Shown: positions 1-32,200 of the stretch, piece by piece
How positions within the stretch are numbered: the first letter of the stretch is position 1
Layout: every line of letters starts with the position of its first letter
DNA from: Podarcis bocagei
Lineage: Eukaryota
Assembly (NCBI GenBank): GCA_964188305.1
Contig: OZ076885.1
Direction: 5' to 3' (one strand)
Length of the DNA stretch: 64,000 bases
Position numbers and translations under genes: made by a program
The notes under the pieces: generated by a model
The model's input: the letters and a program-made list of their open reading frames with translations, nothing else
What the model was told of the DNA's origin: nothing
Database searches by the model: none

Positions 1-1339
1 TTACTCTTATGTTGGAGCTCACACTGGTATAGTAAGTGCAAGGAACAGAGAGGTAATGGTCATTAGAAATACAATTTGCAGGGGGGGGTGTATGCGTGTC
101 ATTAGTGAGATTTGAAAATGCAATGAAGTCTCTGGCAAACTTTGTTTTCTCTAAAAAGATGCTCTCCCCACCACTAGGTGTGGCTTTAGTTTTGATACAT
201 TCTCCCCTTTCAGTGCTGGTTTCAGAAATGCCCTATTTAAGCCACGTTTAGCTTAACCTAGAGCCAATGGAAATGTTTCTACAGTATGTTTGAATAAATG
301 TTACATTTTACTACTAAAATTCTCTGTACTCCCTCAGTCTTGGTGATCTACCTATGATAGGTACTCAAGGAGAACTAGCTCCTTTGCCTACCTGTGTCTG
401 AAATGACAACGTCTGATCAGCTTTAGTATAAATAACAGGTTTTTTATGAATATAAACTATCTTAATGGCGTATGCACCATATCCTTATAGCACATTCGAA
501 GCACATTCTTTCCTTCAAAGAATTCTGGGCAGTGTAGTTTATCGCTCCCAGATTTACAATTCTCACCAACCCATAACAAATAGGGCCCAAAATTCTTTGA
601 GGCGGGAAATTAAAGATATAGTATGTATGCAACCTTTGTCAATATTCATGGAATTTGACTAGTTTTCTCCATTGTATCTTTTAATGATGCCTCACTTAGA
701 AATGGTTCCTGCTGTAGAAAAGGCTCAATTTAACAGCCGTGGCAATGGTGGGGTACATTTCTTTGCTTGCAGACACTACTGTTTTTTGTTTAATGGGATT
801 AAACTGCATCCCACAGCAACTACATCAAAGAACACACAAGCTGCCCTTTGGTTTACTCCCATGAATATCATAGAGTGGTGCTTGTAGTTTCACTTTGAAC
901 TATATTTTTTGTATTGAAATTGCTGGAAGAAAACATACTTCAATCAAAATGTATCTGCTTTCTGCCCAGAACCCCAAAACCGATGAACTATAGGCAACTT
1001 CTTTTACTCTCTCCTTTTTGAAGGCAAAAACGCAGGCTAAGTGTACTCCTACCTTTGTTACTCTAAGATAAATAAGGCTACATAACTTACAACTTCTTAT
1101 GCTAAGGCTGTAACCCTAGCCACACTTGAGGATTTCCCATTGTATATTGTGAGGCTTGATTCTAAAAGATCCTGCGTAGGGTTATCCTGCACAGCTATTT
1201 AACTTGCTCATTCAACCAGATACAGTACATTCACCTTAGTCACAGTTTTGCTTTGCTAACTTTTCAAGTAGTACCTGTACTGCTAAGTTCCCTTTTTTGC
1301 AATTGACAACAAAGGAGATTGAGTACTTGGTCCAGAACC

Positions 1340-1345
1340 TTTATT
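1340..1345 (-). terminator. F2: F2 polyadenylation signal AATAAA
   Basis: tttatt on + strand, about 110 nt past the stop; U-rich element upstream, CA dinucleotides and a GU-rich tract downstream. Confidence 0.75.
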
Positions 1346-1454
1346 GAGGTTTGTGCCAAAATACGTTTCCTTCCTTAGGCTTTTAGTTACCTGTCATATT
1401 TGACCACTATACATACATCTCTAAATCATTGTGCAGGTGCTGAGCTTAAGTTCT

Positions 1455-22266
<20,812 letters not shown>

Positions 22267-22334
22267 TGCGTGTGCGCCTGACTGCAGGAAGATTGCAGAG
22301 GAAATGGATGAAGAATGATTGCAGCCCAGCCTGG

Positions 22335-22347
22335 GTTAATGTTGAAC
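22335..22347. promoter_or_regulatory. HNF1-like site in F2 proximal promoter
   Basis: GTTAATGTTGAAC versus consensus GTTAATNATTAAC, about 70 bp upstream of the F2 ATG. Confidence 0.55.
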
Positions 22348-23214
22348 CAGGATGAAGAAACAGGAACCAGGTCACAGTATGTCAGGGACAGTAAGTTTGA
22401 AGATCTCACTATCTCACCCATCCTGGTTTTCCTCTCCCTCTCTCCCTCCCTTGCATTTTTGCTTTCAGGTGCCTTGGTGGCACAAGCAACCAATGGAACA
22501 AGAACAATTCCATCCATACATTTAGATTGCTTGTGGTCTCAGAACACCAAATAAACATAGACTGACATTAGGAAACAATATGCACGTCTTATTATTACGT
22601 CATTATTTCATAAAGCAGAGGACATTTGGCTATCCTGGCTTAAAATAAGGGAACTGCCATTTGTTTAGAAAATCCTCCTGTTGCAGATATTTAATCCAGA
22701 TGCCAAAAGGTCTATTCCCTGTCTTTACTTCTGTGATCCTGTTCTAGAATACATTGAGAGACTGAATTTCTTCTCCCTTCCACAATTTATAATTCTTTGA
22801 TTCTTGGATGTCTCTCAGCAAAAATTCAGTGAGATCCCCATGACTTCTTTCTGAATGCCCAAAGAGATGTGCTTGATTATATGTGTGTTGGAAAGGAGTC
22901 CAAGAAGTCAGCACAGATGGAAGACACCAAGGAGTCAATTCATTAAATATTTGCATCCTGTTTCTGTTCATTTGTATCTTTTAAATTTTCCCCGTTTAAT
23001 TGTGGTTTGGACATAAATTAATTTAAAACAAATATTTGGTATATTGACCAGCCACATTTAATGGGTAAATGTAATTTTCAAACAGATGCATGTCATAAAC
23101 TCTTCAAGATTGTAGTGCAAGTCCTGTAAGGTGAATACAGATGAATAATTATTGTATTCACTGAACACGATATTCGATACTCATTGAATACAATATACAA
23201 AATTGAATACAAAA

Positions 23215-23570
23215 ACTTCATTGGGTTCAAATGGGTATGGAAAGGCAGCTAAACTCAAAGGCCCAGAGCACCTTTCAAATGAAGAAAGGCTTGAGAACAT
23301 GGGGTTTTACTTTATGAAGGAACACAGAAGTTTGTAAAATCATGATTGCTTGGAGCGAGCAGCTAGAGCGAAATGTCTTCTGTTTTCATAACACTTATGT
23401 ACACTCAGTGTAGCTGACTGCGACTAAGTCCAGGACTTAAAAAGGAAGCACTTCTTCACACATAATGTAAGACAATAAGATGTGGGGATAGTCACTAGCA
23501 GCTTGGCAACTTCTTAAAAGGATTAGGCAAATTAATAAAGGCAAGGCTCATCAAAGTCTATTTTAGTTAA
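23215..23570 (+). mobile_element. Old CR1-like 3' fragment (boundaries approximate)
   Basis: gaagaaaggcttgagaac...aggaagcacttcttcacaca...aaaaggattaggcaaatt. Confidence 0.5.
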
Positions 23571-23573
23571 ATG

Positions 23574-23708
23574 CAGTGCTATTTTTTGAGAAAAAGATGT
23601 GCCGGAACTCACCATGAAAGCCTCCCTCATTCTCTTAGTATGGCAAAGGCACCCACCTGACAGGTGCCAGAACTAAGTTTGAGTGAGTTCCCCCTGAAAA
23701 TAGCCCTG
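23574..23708. mobile_element. hAT MITE family, copy 1
   Basis: cagtgctatttt...aaaatagccctg; degenerate 8-bp TSD GTTAAATG / GCTAAATC. Confidence 0.7.
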
Positions 23709-24647
23709 GCTAAATCGAACCTCCATTTTCAGGGGCAGCGCAGCTCTGACTATCAGATGAACAAAACACCACAGAGTGACTACTACCTTGCTTATGAGCT
23801 TCTAGAGACATCTGACTGGCTACTAGAAACAGAATGCTGGATTGATAAATCCAGCAAAGCAATTCTTATCTTCAAAATTATTGAGATGAGTCTCACTGAT
23901 AAAATAATTAAATTAGGAGTCAGTACAGTTAGATCTTGAAGTTCTAAGGCCATAATCTGAGCCATATACTCTTGATCAAAATAAATTAGCAACATCAAAT
24001 TCATCACTTGGAATTTAGGTCTTTGGAGATTCCAAATTAGTCCACCGTTTAGTAAAACAGGTCCCTACCCCGTCCTCATCTGAGACAAACTGTAAGTGTA
24101 GGAGGAGCTTAGAGAACTACCAATCTCAGGCCCCTTTCTCTTGCTCTTCTCTGTCTCTCTTCTGTAATGGTCTTCTAGTCAGTATTTGTTATCTCCATTG
24201 TACGCAAGTAAATATTAGCATTAGGGTAGCTGGGAAGTGACTCTTTGGCCACTTGTACAAAGAGCAATTGCACAGTCCCCACCTCCAACAGATTGCAGAG
24301 TTTGAAGAACACAGAGTCTCTTTCTAACACACAATAAAGCAGAGAGATTTGAGAAATGCCCAGTTCTGGGTCTAGCTTACTGGGATATTTAGGCAGAGCC
24401 TGAGTTCAACCACAGGAGAACATCCAGACAAAGAGTTCTGGCCCATGTATGAAGGGAAACGTTTGAAGAACATTCACAAGCTGTCAAGACTACAACACTG
24501 CTTCCTGTAACATCTTCTCAAACCTGAACCTTTGTGAAGGCTGAGATCAGACTAGTAGCCCTCGTTAGTTCAGCATTTCTAACTTCCTGAACAACTCCCC
24601 TTTTCACCTTATAACATCTGCTACAATCTCTTTCCCATCCCTACATA

Positions 24648-24894
24648 CAGTGTTACCTCGGGTTACAAACGCTTCAGGTTACATACGCTTCAGGTTACAG
24701 ACTCCGCTAACCCAGAAATATTACCTCTGGTTAAGAACTTTGCTTCAGGATGAGAACAGAAATCGTGCTCCGGCGGCGTGGCAGCAGCAGGAGGCCCCAT
24801 TAGCTAAAGTGGTGCTTCAGGTTAAGAACAGTTTCAGGTTAAGAATGGACCACCGGAACGAATTACCGTAAGTACTTAACCCAAGGTACCACTG
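24648..24894. mobile_element. Tigger/pogo-like MITE
   Basis: TA|cagtgttacctcgggtta...taacccaaggtaccactg|TA; internal (gcttcaggtta) repeats. Confidence 0.85.
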
Positions 24895-27512
24895 TACAGA
24901 TCTAGTAAATATTAATAACTGCCAATCCATCAGGTTGCAGCAGATGGAAAGATGGGAAGCAGGGCCACTCAATTATCTCAGCTGAGAGGCTTTCTTCATT
25001 TGGCTCCACCTATCCTTGACTTGTTTACGTTCAGGCTGGTCTTTGCAATAACTTTGTAACTTAAAAACTGGTACCCAAGTCTGCTTAATTCTCGCCACCT
25101 TTTAAACATGACACAAAAGATAGTAAACTATCTTGTGTGTTCGAGCCCTTACATAAGTGGCTCAAAGAGTTTTTTTATCTGAGGCATTATCACAGGACCC
25201 CCAACCCCTTGTTTTCAAACCATGTGCATCATGCAAACAAGTGCATATGCTTAAAAGACTGGCATAAGACACCTCCATCCAATCCGTGATTGGTTGGGAT
25301 CAGCGCAACCAACAAACGTGCTTGACACCACATCAGCAATGATAGAAGATTGATATTTTGACTCATGCGTGGATTTCTTGGGTTTTGGCATCAGCAAGTC
25401 ACTTTGCAGCTGTGTCAATATTGATACATGGAAAAGCTGCACCACTCTCTTGGAAAAGACAAAAAACATACATGCCATCCATTCTAGATCACTGCTCCAA
25501 ATCCTACTGCCTCAAAAGACTGCTTCCTTTGTGACTGCTTGTAAATGTACCACTGGGTGAGCCCAACAGTAGGAAGTCAGTACTGTAATCTCAAGCAACT
25601 GTTTACTTTATCAAAACAGTTTGGAAATGTGGGGGTAGCAGAGACATAGGAAAAGCAACAAGTGTAGTTATGTGACCTATTGCTACCAGCACCAAATGAC
25701 AGCTGGCCCATCCTAAGTATTCAAGAAGGAAGCATGTGGTAAATGAACACCACTTTGCAGAGGCTGTGACTATGTAATAAATTATCTTGTTGACAATGCA
25801 AGCCACCTAGCGAATGAATAAACCCAAGTGCGTTAAACCTCAATGTATTTTCTGGAAATAGCAAAGCACTAAGGAAGAACTGTTAAAATATTGGACCACA
25901 GACACTCGCGATCCAATTTCTACCCAGCCGTGAAGTTTTGATTTGGCTTTGGGCAATTCAGACTCTCTTGGCTCAGTTTCTTATGTGTTAAAATACCCGA
26001 CTGGCCTATCACCACAGGATGCTGGGAAGAAGAAAATTACTCTCAAGTAGTGAATACAACCGCATAAAGTGATACAAAAATGGAAAATAAAAAAATTCCC
26101 ATCCAACATTAATTCAAATTAGCTTGGACCAAAACTACTAACTATACATTGCAACACTATGGTGCAACATGACCTCCTGACAGGAAGTCTGTGATACTCA
26201 CCATCAAGGAAAAGCTAAACAAAACAAAAGTAGAAAATTTGGCAAAGTACTATGTTAAAACGAGACAATGTAATTAAGCATCATTTTCATTTGTCAGTTT
26301 TTATATACTGTAATGAAATGCATTACAGGCATAGCAAAGATCTTCCTCATTGATTTACTTCCATGTGAATGAAAACTGTCACCATTTGAATCTTGCTCCT
26401 GCAGTATGAAGTGGTCTAATCCAGCAACACAGGTATCATATGCAACTGCTGAGATGATATTTAGCAGATCCAATGAAATGGTTTTATTTTAAAAGCAAAC
26501 CTTTGGATTACAGTTGCAGCCACTCTGAGATCTACAATTCTCACTCAGACTGCAATGTGCTGACTTGGGCAAAACCCAAACACCATCTTGGTAGGTATCA
26601 AACAAATGTCTCTGGGACTCCACATCATGGTAATAATATACATAACCAACAACCACACTGTGGCTAAATTGCATGGTGACTATCACAGCATCACCAGCAC
26701 AAGCCCATGGAGAGGTAGAACTGGCAAAAGAAACACCTATATGTTCTGTCTGAGTCACATGATTGACTGCATGTGCTACCACAATGTTTTTGAGAGCTGC
26801 TTACATCACCAAGCTAATGTGGGAGTTGGATCTTAGCCAATGTTGTCGTTAGCTGTTATTAAAGCAGGCATCTGATGGCTTCATCCCCTACTCAGATGCA
26901 GCAAGTATCAAGTTAAAGCACATTTAAGCACAGTTTGGGCAAATGAGTCAGGAGCAGTAGCTTCCTGTTATTTATACCTTTGAAGCTAAAGAACTTTGAA
27001 CCCTCACTGGTGTTGACATAATCCTTGCACACCTCAGAAAATTGTTGGAAGTTCCTGCTCTTTTACTTTAAAAAAGATATACTTCCATACTTTCTATTGC
27101 ATTAATTTTTGGACCATATGTGCATAACCATGTGGAAATCTGCAGACGCTTCACCACTCAGTTTTGCCACGTTTTCACTAAACATATGTAACACACAAGC
27201 AGAACCGGTGCAATTCCTGACACTGGATCAATTTGAAACAAATTCTGTTAGTATAGAAGAGATGCATAGTGAAGACTTTCTTCCAGGCATAACCTCATCT
27301 ATCAGGCAGACCCTTTTGGCCAGGCTTACGGGCTTTGGAAATGATGGTGGGAATCCAGCCATAGCCTTAGCCAAACTGAAGTCACCTATTCCCTTCTAAA
27401 CATCCCAGTATATATTTCATAACCCGCATGCTGTTTTCTTGAAAAAACACATAGAAAGAGCACACTCAGACTTCCAAAGATGTTTTAATGCTATCTGCAA
27501 AAAGACTGACAG

Positions 27513-29218
27513 TCATGTCCCTACTTCCACCTCCACCACCTCCGCCACTGTGCTAAAACTGACACCCTCTTGAATAATGAACATGTCACTGGCGGAGCCC
27601 TGCTCCTGCACAATGATGCATTCTTTCTCCGTGTCCGAGACAGCAATCTCAATGACGTTCTTGTGCTTGGCAGAGCTCTGTGGTGCGGTAACATAGTGCC
27701 CATCATTGGTGATAAGGAGCTCTGTGTGGTTTCCAGGCCCTGCCGTGTCCACAGAGTGCACTACCAGCACAGGTGGCTGCTCTGAAGCTGGCAGCTCCTG
27801 GGGGGCTTTTGTGTCCCTTTTGGATGGATCCCCATCTAGGTTTCCTTTGTGCTCAAGCTGGTGACGTCGCAGGCTCTGGGGGAGGGCGTAGCCCATGCCA
27901 CAAATTTGGCACTGGTGCGGCTTGTCAGCGTGGTGGGCTTTCTGGTGGCGTCGCAATTTTGTGGCCAGAGGATAGGATTTAGGGCACAGATGGCAGCGGA
28001 AAGGGCGCTCGCCTGTGTGCAAACGTTCGTGAGCCCGTAACGTGTGGGGATCACGTAGTGCTTTCCCACACACTGTGCACAGGTGAGCCTCACCTGTGTG
28101 GGAGATCAGGTGACGGCGCAGCTCAGGGCGCTGTGGAAAGGCATCTCCACAGAAGTGGCAGCGGTAAGGGCGCTCCCCTGTATGCAACCGAAGGTGCCCA
28201 CGGAGATTGCCCTGCTGGCGGAAAGACTTGGGGCAGTAGGGGCAGGTATATGGGCGTTCCCCTGTGTGCAGCCGCATATGGTTGCGCAAAGACCCAGGGT
28301 TGGCCAGCTGCCGCTCACATATCACACACTGGCAGGCGGCAGCAGCAGCAGATGGCCTTGGCTCCTTAACCTGGTGGGTTTTGCGATGGATCCGAAGAGA
28401 GGGCCGGCGGGCAAAGGATTTCCCACAGTCAGGGCATACAAAAGGGCGCTGGCCCGTGTGCAGCACTTGGTGTTCTTGAAGGTCCCGTTTGGTGCCATAA
28501 CTCTTGTGGCACTGTGGGCAGGGGAATGGCCGCACCCCTCGGTGGCCCAGTGTGTGCGCTTTAAAGCTTTCTTCCGAGCTATAGCTCTTGCCACACTCTG
28601 TGCACAGGAACGGTTTGTGATCAGTGTGCACAAAGTGGTGCTTCTTCAGGTGGCAAAGCTGCAGGAAGGCTTTGCCACACTCTTCGCACCGGTATCGTCG
28701 CTCGTGGTCTGCCTCCTTGAGCTGTGGAGCACCACCCATGTTGCTTGGAGACACTTCCTCCTGCTTGGGATTTTCACTCTGCTCCTCCGCCCTGTCCCTG
28801 GGTGTAGACATGGCACATCCACTGGGGGCTCCTTCAGCACAAGATTGGCCCCTCAACACCTCCACCTTCTCAGCCAAGTGAGCACTGGGTTGAATTGCAC
28901 TGGATGGGGGCGGCCGTGAACAAATGTCAGTTGGTTTTACCTTGGATAGTGTCTCATTCACTTGCTCTGTTTGTGGATGCAGCACACCATCCTCTTTACT
29001 TCCACCCTCCTCAGCCACAGAGCAGCTCACAATGGGCTGCTTCTCTCCATGCTGCTCCTTGGAGTCCCTGAGCTCAAGTTGCAGGAACCCATCTTCATTC
29101 CTTTTCTTGTGATCATTTTCCAGGCCAGGAGGTTGCTTGACTGGCAGCTTCTTATCCAGCAAAGGAAGACAATGGGCTCTGGCTTTCTGCTCCACAACCT
29201 TGGGGATATCAAGAGCAC
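27513..29218 (-). CDS. ZNF408: ZNF408 last exon, C2H2 zinc-finger array
   Basis: Track ORF 27513..29195 extended to the acceptor ttcaaattgcag at 29219; 10 C2H2 fingers, several with TGERP linkers. Confidence 0.97.
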
Positions 29219-32200
29219 CTGCAATTTGAACCAGTAACCATTAGCTCCCTTAACAAAGAAAACAAAGTAATTATTGACACTTCAAGGTGAGACTTCTATT
29301 TCTATGCACTGCTCCACTCCCCACCCACTGCCTCAATCATGCTGAACAGAGATCTTTTGCTGAGCACAGAGGCTCAAGAAGTCCCACTAGTTATCAAAGC
29401 AGTGCTTCTGAGAATTGAAACATAGCTGGGTTTAGCTAGGGAACTCTGCTTGAATTTAAATATCCTAAAAGTTTAGACTTTGGGGAGGAATATTTTAGTA
29501 TCTTCTGTAAGGCTCACTTTGGAAACACAGCTTCCTTAATCTTTTTGACGCAAATTGGATTTCTCTGAAGTGCTTTACTACATAACTTAGAATGAGGTTA
29601 CAGAAATGTGTAGAAACAGCAAATTTCAACACTCTTATCATTTGTAATCTTTGCTGTTTTCTTTAGAAAGCAAGAATTGCAAACTAAAACAGCTTATCCA
29701 CACAGTCACAATACCAGGGACCTGTGTTTCCCCCTTATTTACAACAAGCAGAGTTACCTTGAGCAGTTTAATTCACCTAAGAAAATTCTTAAGGAAACAG
29801 ACATGGATATAGAATGTCACAGGAAAATGAAGTTCTGTGTGTGAGAAAACCAAGAGAGAGTAAGGAGCTTGACTGATTCCAGCATTATGGACAGGAGTTG
29901 CCCACATTATTTGTGGGTGCCCATTATTGTTAAAATGGTATAAAACTAACGTAAGCTTCTAGTGCAGACATACCCTCAGATATTTGATCAAATGTACTCT
30001 GGCATGATAAACATTCTGATTCACCATGTGCACTTCTCAAAGAAATCGCCTCCTCCAGCACTGCAATAAAATAGCAAAGCACTGTTTGCAAGGGTGGGGC
30101 TGGCCAGTGCTGTTGAGCAAAATAAAGGCCACTGGCTAGAGGAGTGGACATTGGCCTGAGTTCCACTTCTGCCTGGCTGTAAGCTGATTGAATTGTCCTG
30201 GGCAAGAATATGCTTCCACACTTGGTTCCCAATCAGCACTGCTGAAATATTCCTTATTCACAGCAAGAGAGTCTATACATTCTGAACAAGTTGCCTCCCA
30301 CAGTATCATTTGAAGTAAAACAGGAACCCCTAACTTTCAAGTTAAAATATTATTATCAGTCTGAGTTTGTTCACAGACAGATGACAATTTAGGTCTGTGA
30401 AAATCAAATCATGTACTATAAACTCTTTTTGTGAAAGGAAGGACAAAACACAGGGTGCTTCAACTACAGCTGCCTGGGTGTGCAGTTTGGCAGTGGAGTT
30501 CTTTACTTAAGGAACATGGTTTCTATTACCAAGTATGTTAGGTCAATTTTTTAAAGAATAAAAACCCTTCCTGTCTCTGATGCTGCTTAAATCACCTGTG
30601 ACAACCTTTCTGACTAAGTTTCTAGGAATTCAGGTACAGTACCTGCAAAGGAATCTATTGCATCGCCATCTAGGGAAGTATCTCCTTTCTGTGTCAAAGT
30701 CTCTGCTTCCACATCGGTGGTCTTAGCTAGCTGCTCCTCTACCGTTTTCCTCTCTGTGACAAACACCCCATCTGATATATTTGCTGGTGCATTCTTTTCC
30801 AGGCAAGCAGGACTAGCCTCTGCTATCCAGTACAGCAGTTCACTGCCAGCAGCAATGGGACAGCATACTCGGATGTGGAGCTCCGCATTGATCCATACTA
30901 ATGCCACATTTGCCTCATCTTTATCCTGGCTTTGCTTCACCAAGCTGTAAAACACATGCCAAGCATCAGTATCCAATATGGGCTTTGTCCGAAGCACAGG
31001 GGCATGACAAGGCTCTAGACAGGCAGTGCAGGTGGGTGTTATGCGAGACTTAAGGGGGCCTCAGTCAGGTCTATCAACTACAATGTCTATAGATCCTGAT
31101 GGTATTTTTGAGCAGACTCCTAGGAAAAGTCAATTCAGAATACTTTTTCTGAAGTTACCTTTTGTTGAGACAGATTTTTTAGTCCATCTAACTCAGGATT
31201 GTTCACATACACTGACTGGTAGTAGTTCTCCAGAGTTTTAGGCAGGGATCCTCCTTGGAGGTGCGGTGATTGAACCTTTAAACTTTCCTGAAAGCAGTTT
31301 ATGAAACCATACAGGTAACAAAACACCTAGTTCAAACAAAACGGATTCTTGATAGTGGCCATGCAAGAGTACTGATTAAGGGTACAAAAGACTTGTGGCT
31401 GCTTCAACGTTTGTTATATTTAAAGTCACATATAGGACGTTTCATCAGCACAAAATTGCTGGCTCATGACCGATTGGTTAAATTGCCCTCTCTGAAGGCT
31501 AAATGAATATATTTAGCTTTACCATCCTATTTTTTTAGGGAGATGAATAATTATTTAAGAGATCTTTGTTAAACTGGATAGAAATTTATTGCTAGCTGCA
31601 AAATATTGAGTTGTATTCAATTAAGTCCAGGCAGAATAGAGCCAATGAAATTAATGAGCCCAAGTGAGTCAAGTCCATTAATGTAAACAGGTCTACTCAA
31701 AATAGGACTAGCACCGAATATCACTTACTGATTTCATTTATGTTTTTAAGGGTGGAATTCATCATAGAGATATTATAATCCTATCAGCAAAGGGATTTCA
31801 GTTGCTGGACAGAACAATCTCCCCTCTCCTTCCCCTGAACACTCTTCTGGGGATTCTGGCATGAGAATTTGGCATGAGAGAAGGGAGGAAGTTCCAGTGC
31901 ACTGGCTCTTATTAGAACACCTGCTTAGTTGAATATGTCCCCATTTTTCTTCTCAATTTTTATGAATTTAAGTTTTTTTTCTATGTAAATGGAGTTCATT
32001 TTTTAAAAAGCTGTAATCCACTTAGCTTCCTTTCCAGAGGAAAACATGGAATGCATGTATCATAATTATTGATAAGCGGCAACTTAGATGGATTAACATA
32101 GAGGTTTTTTGACAATACAGCCTAAGAGACCAATAAGCCTGACATTTCAACTCGCCCAAGAATTCTCTAAGGAAAACTTGACCATCCTTCAGGGAGGGTT

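Noticed and set aside
28083-28919. 278-aa + strand ORF
   Set aside because: Antisense shadow of the ZNF408 zinc-finger exon
31159-31287. 129-nt exon-like segment with AG/GT boundaries in ZNF408 intron 3 (- strand)
   Set aside because: Open only in phase 0; in the required phase 2 it stops after three codons. At most a poison exon, with no further support
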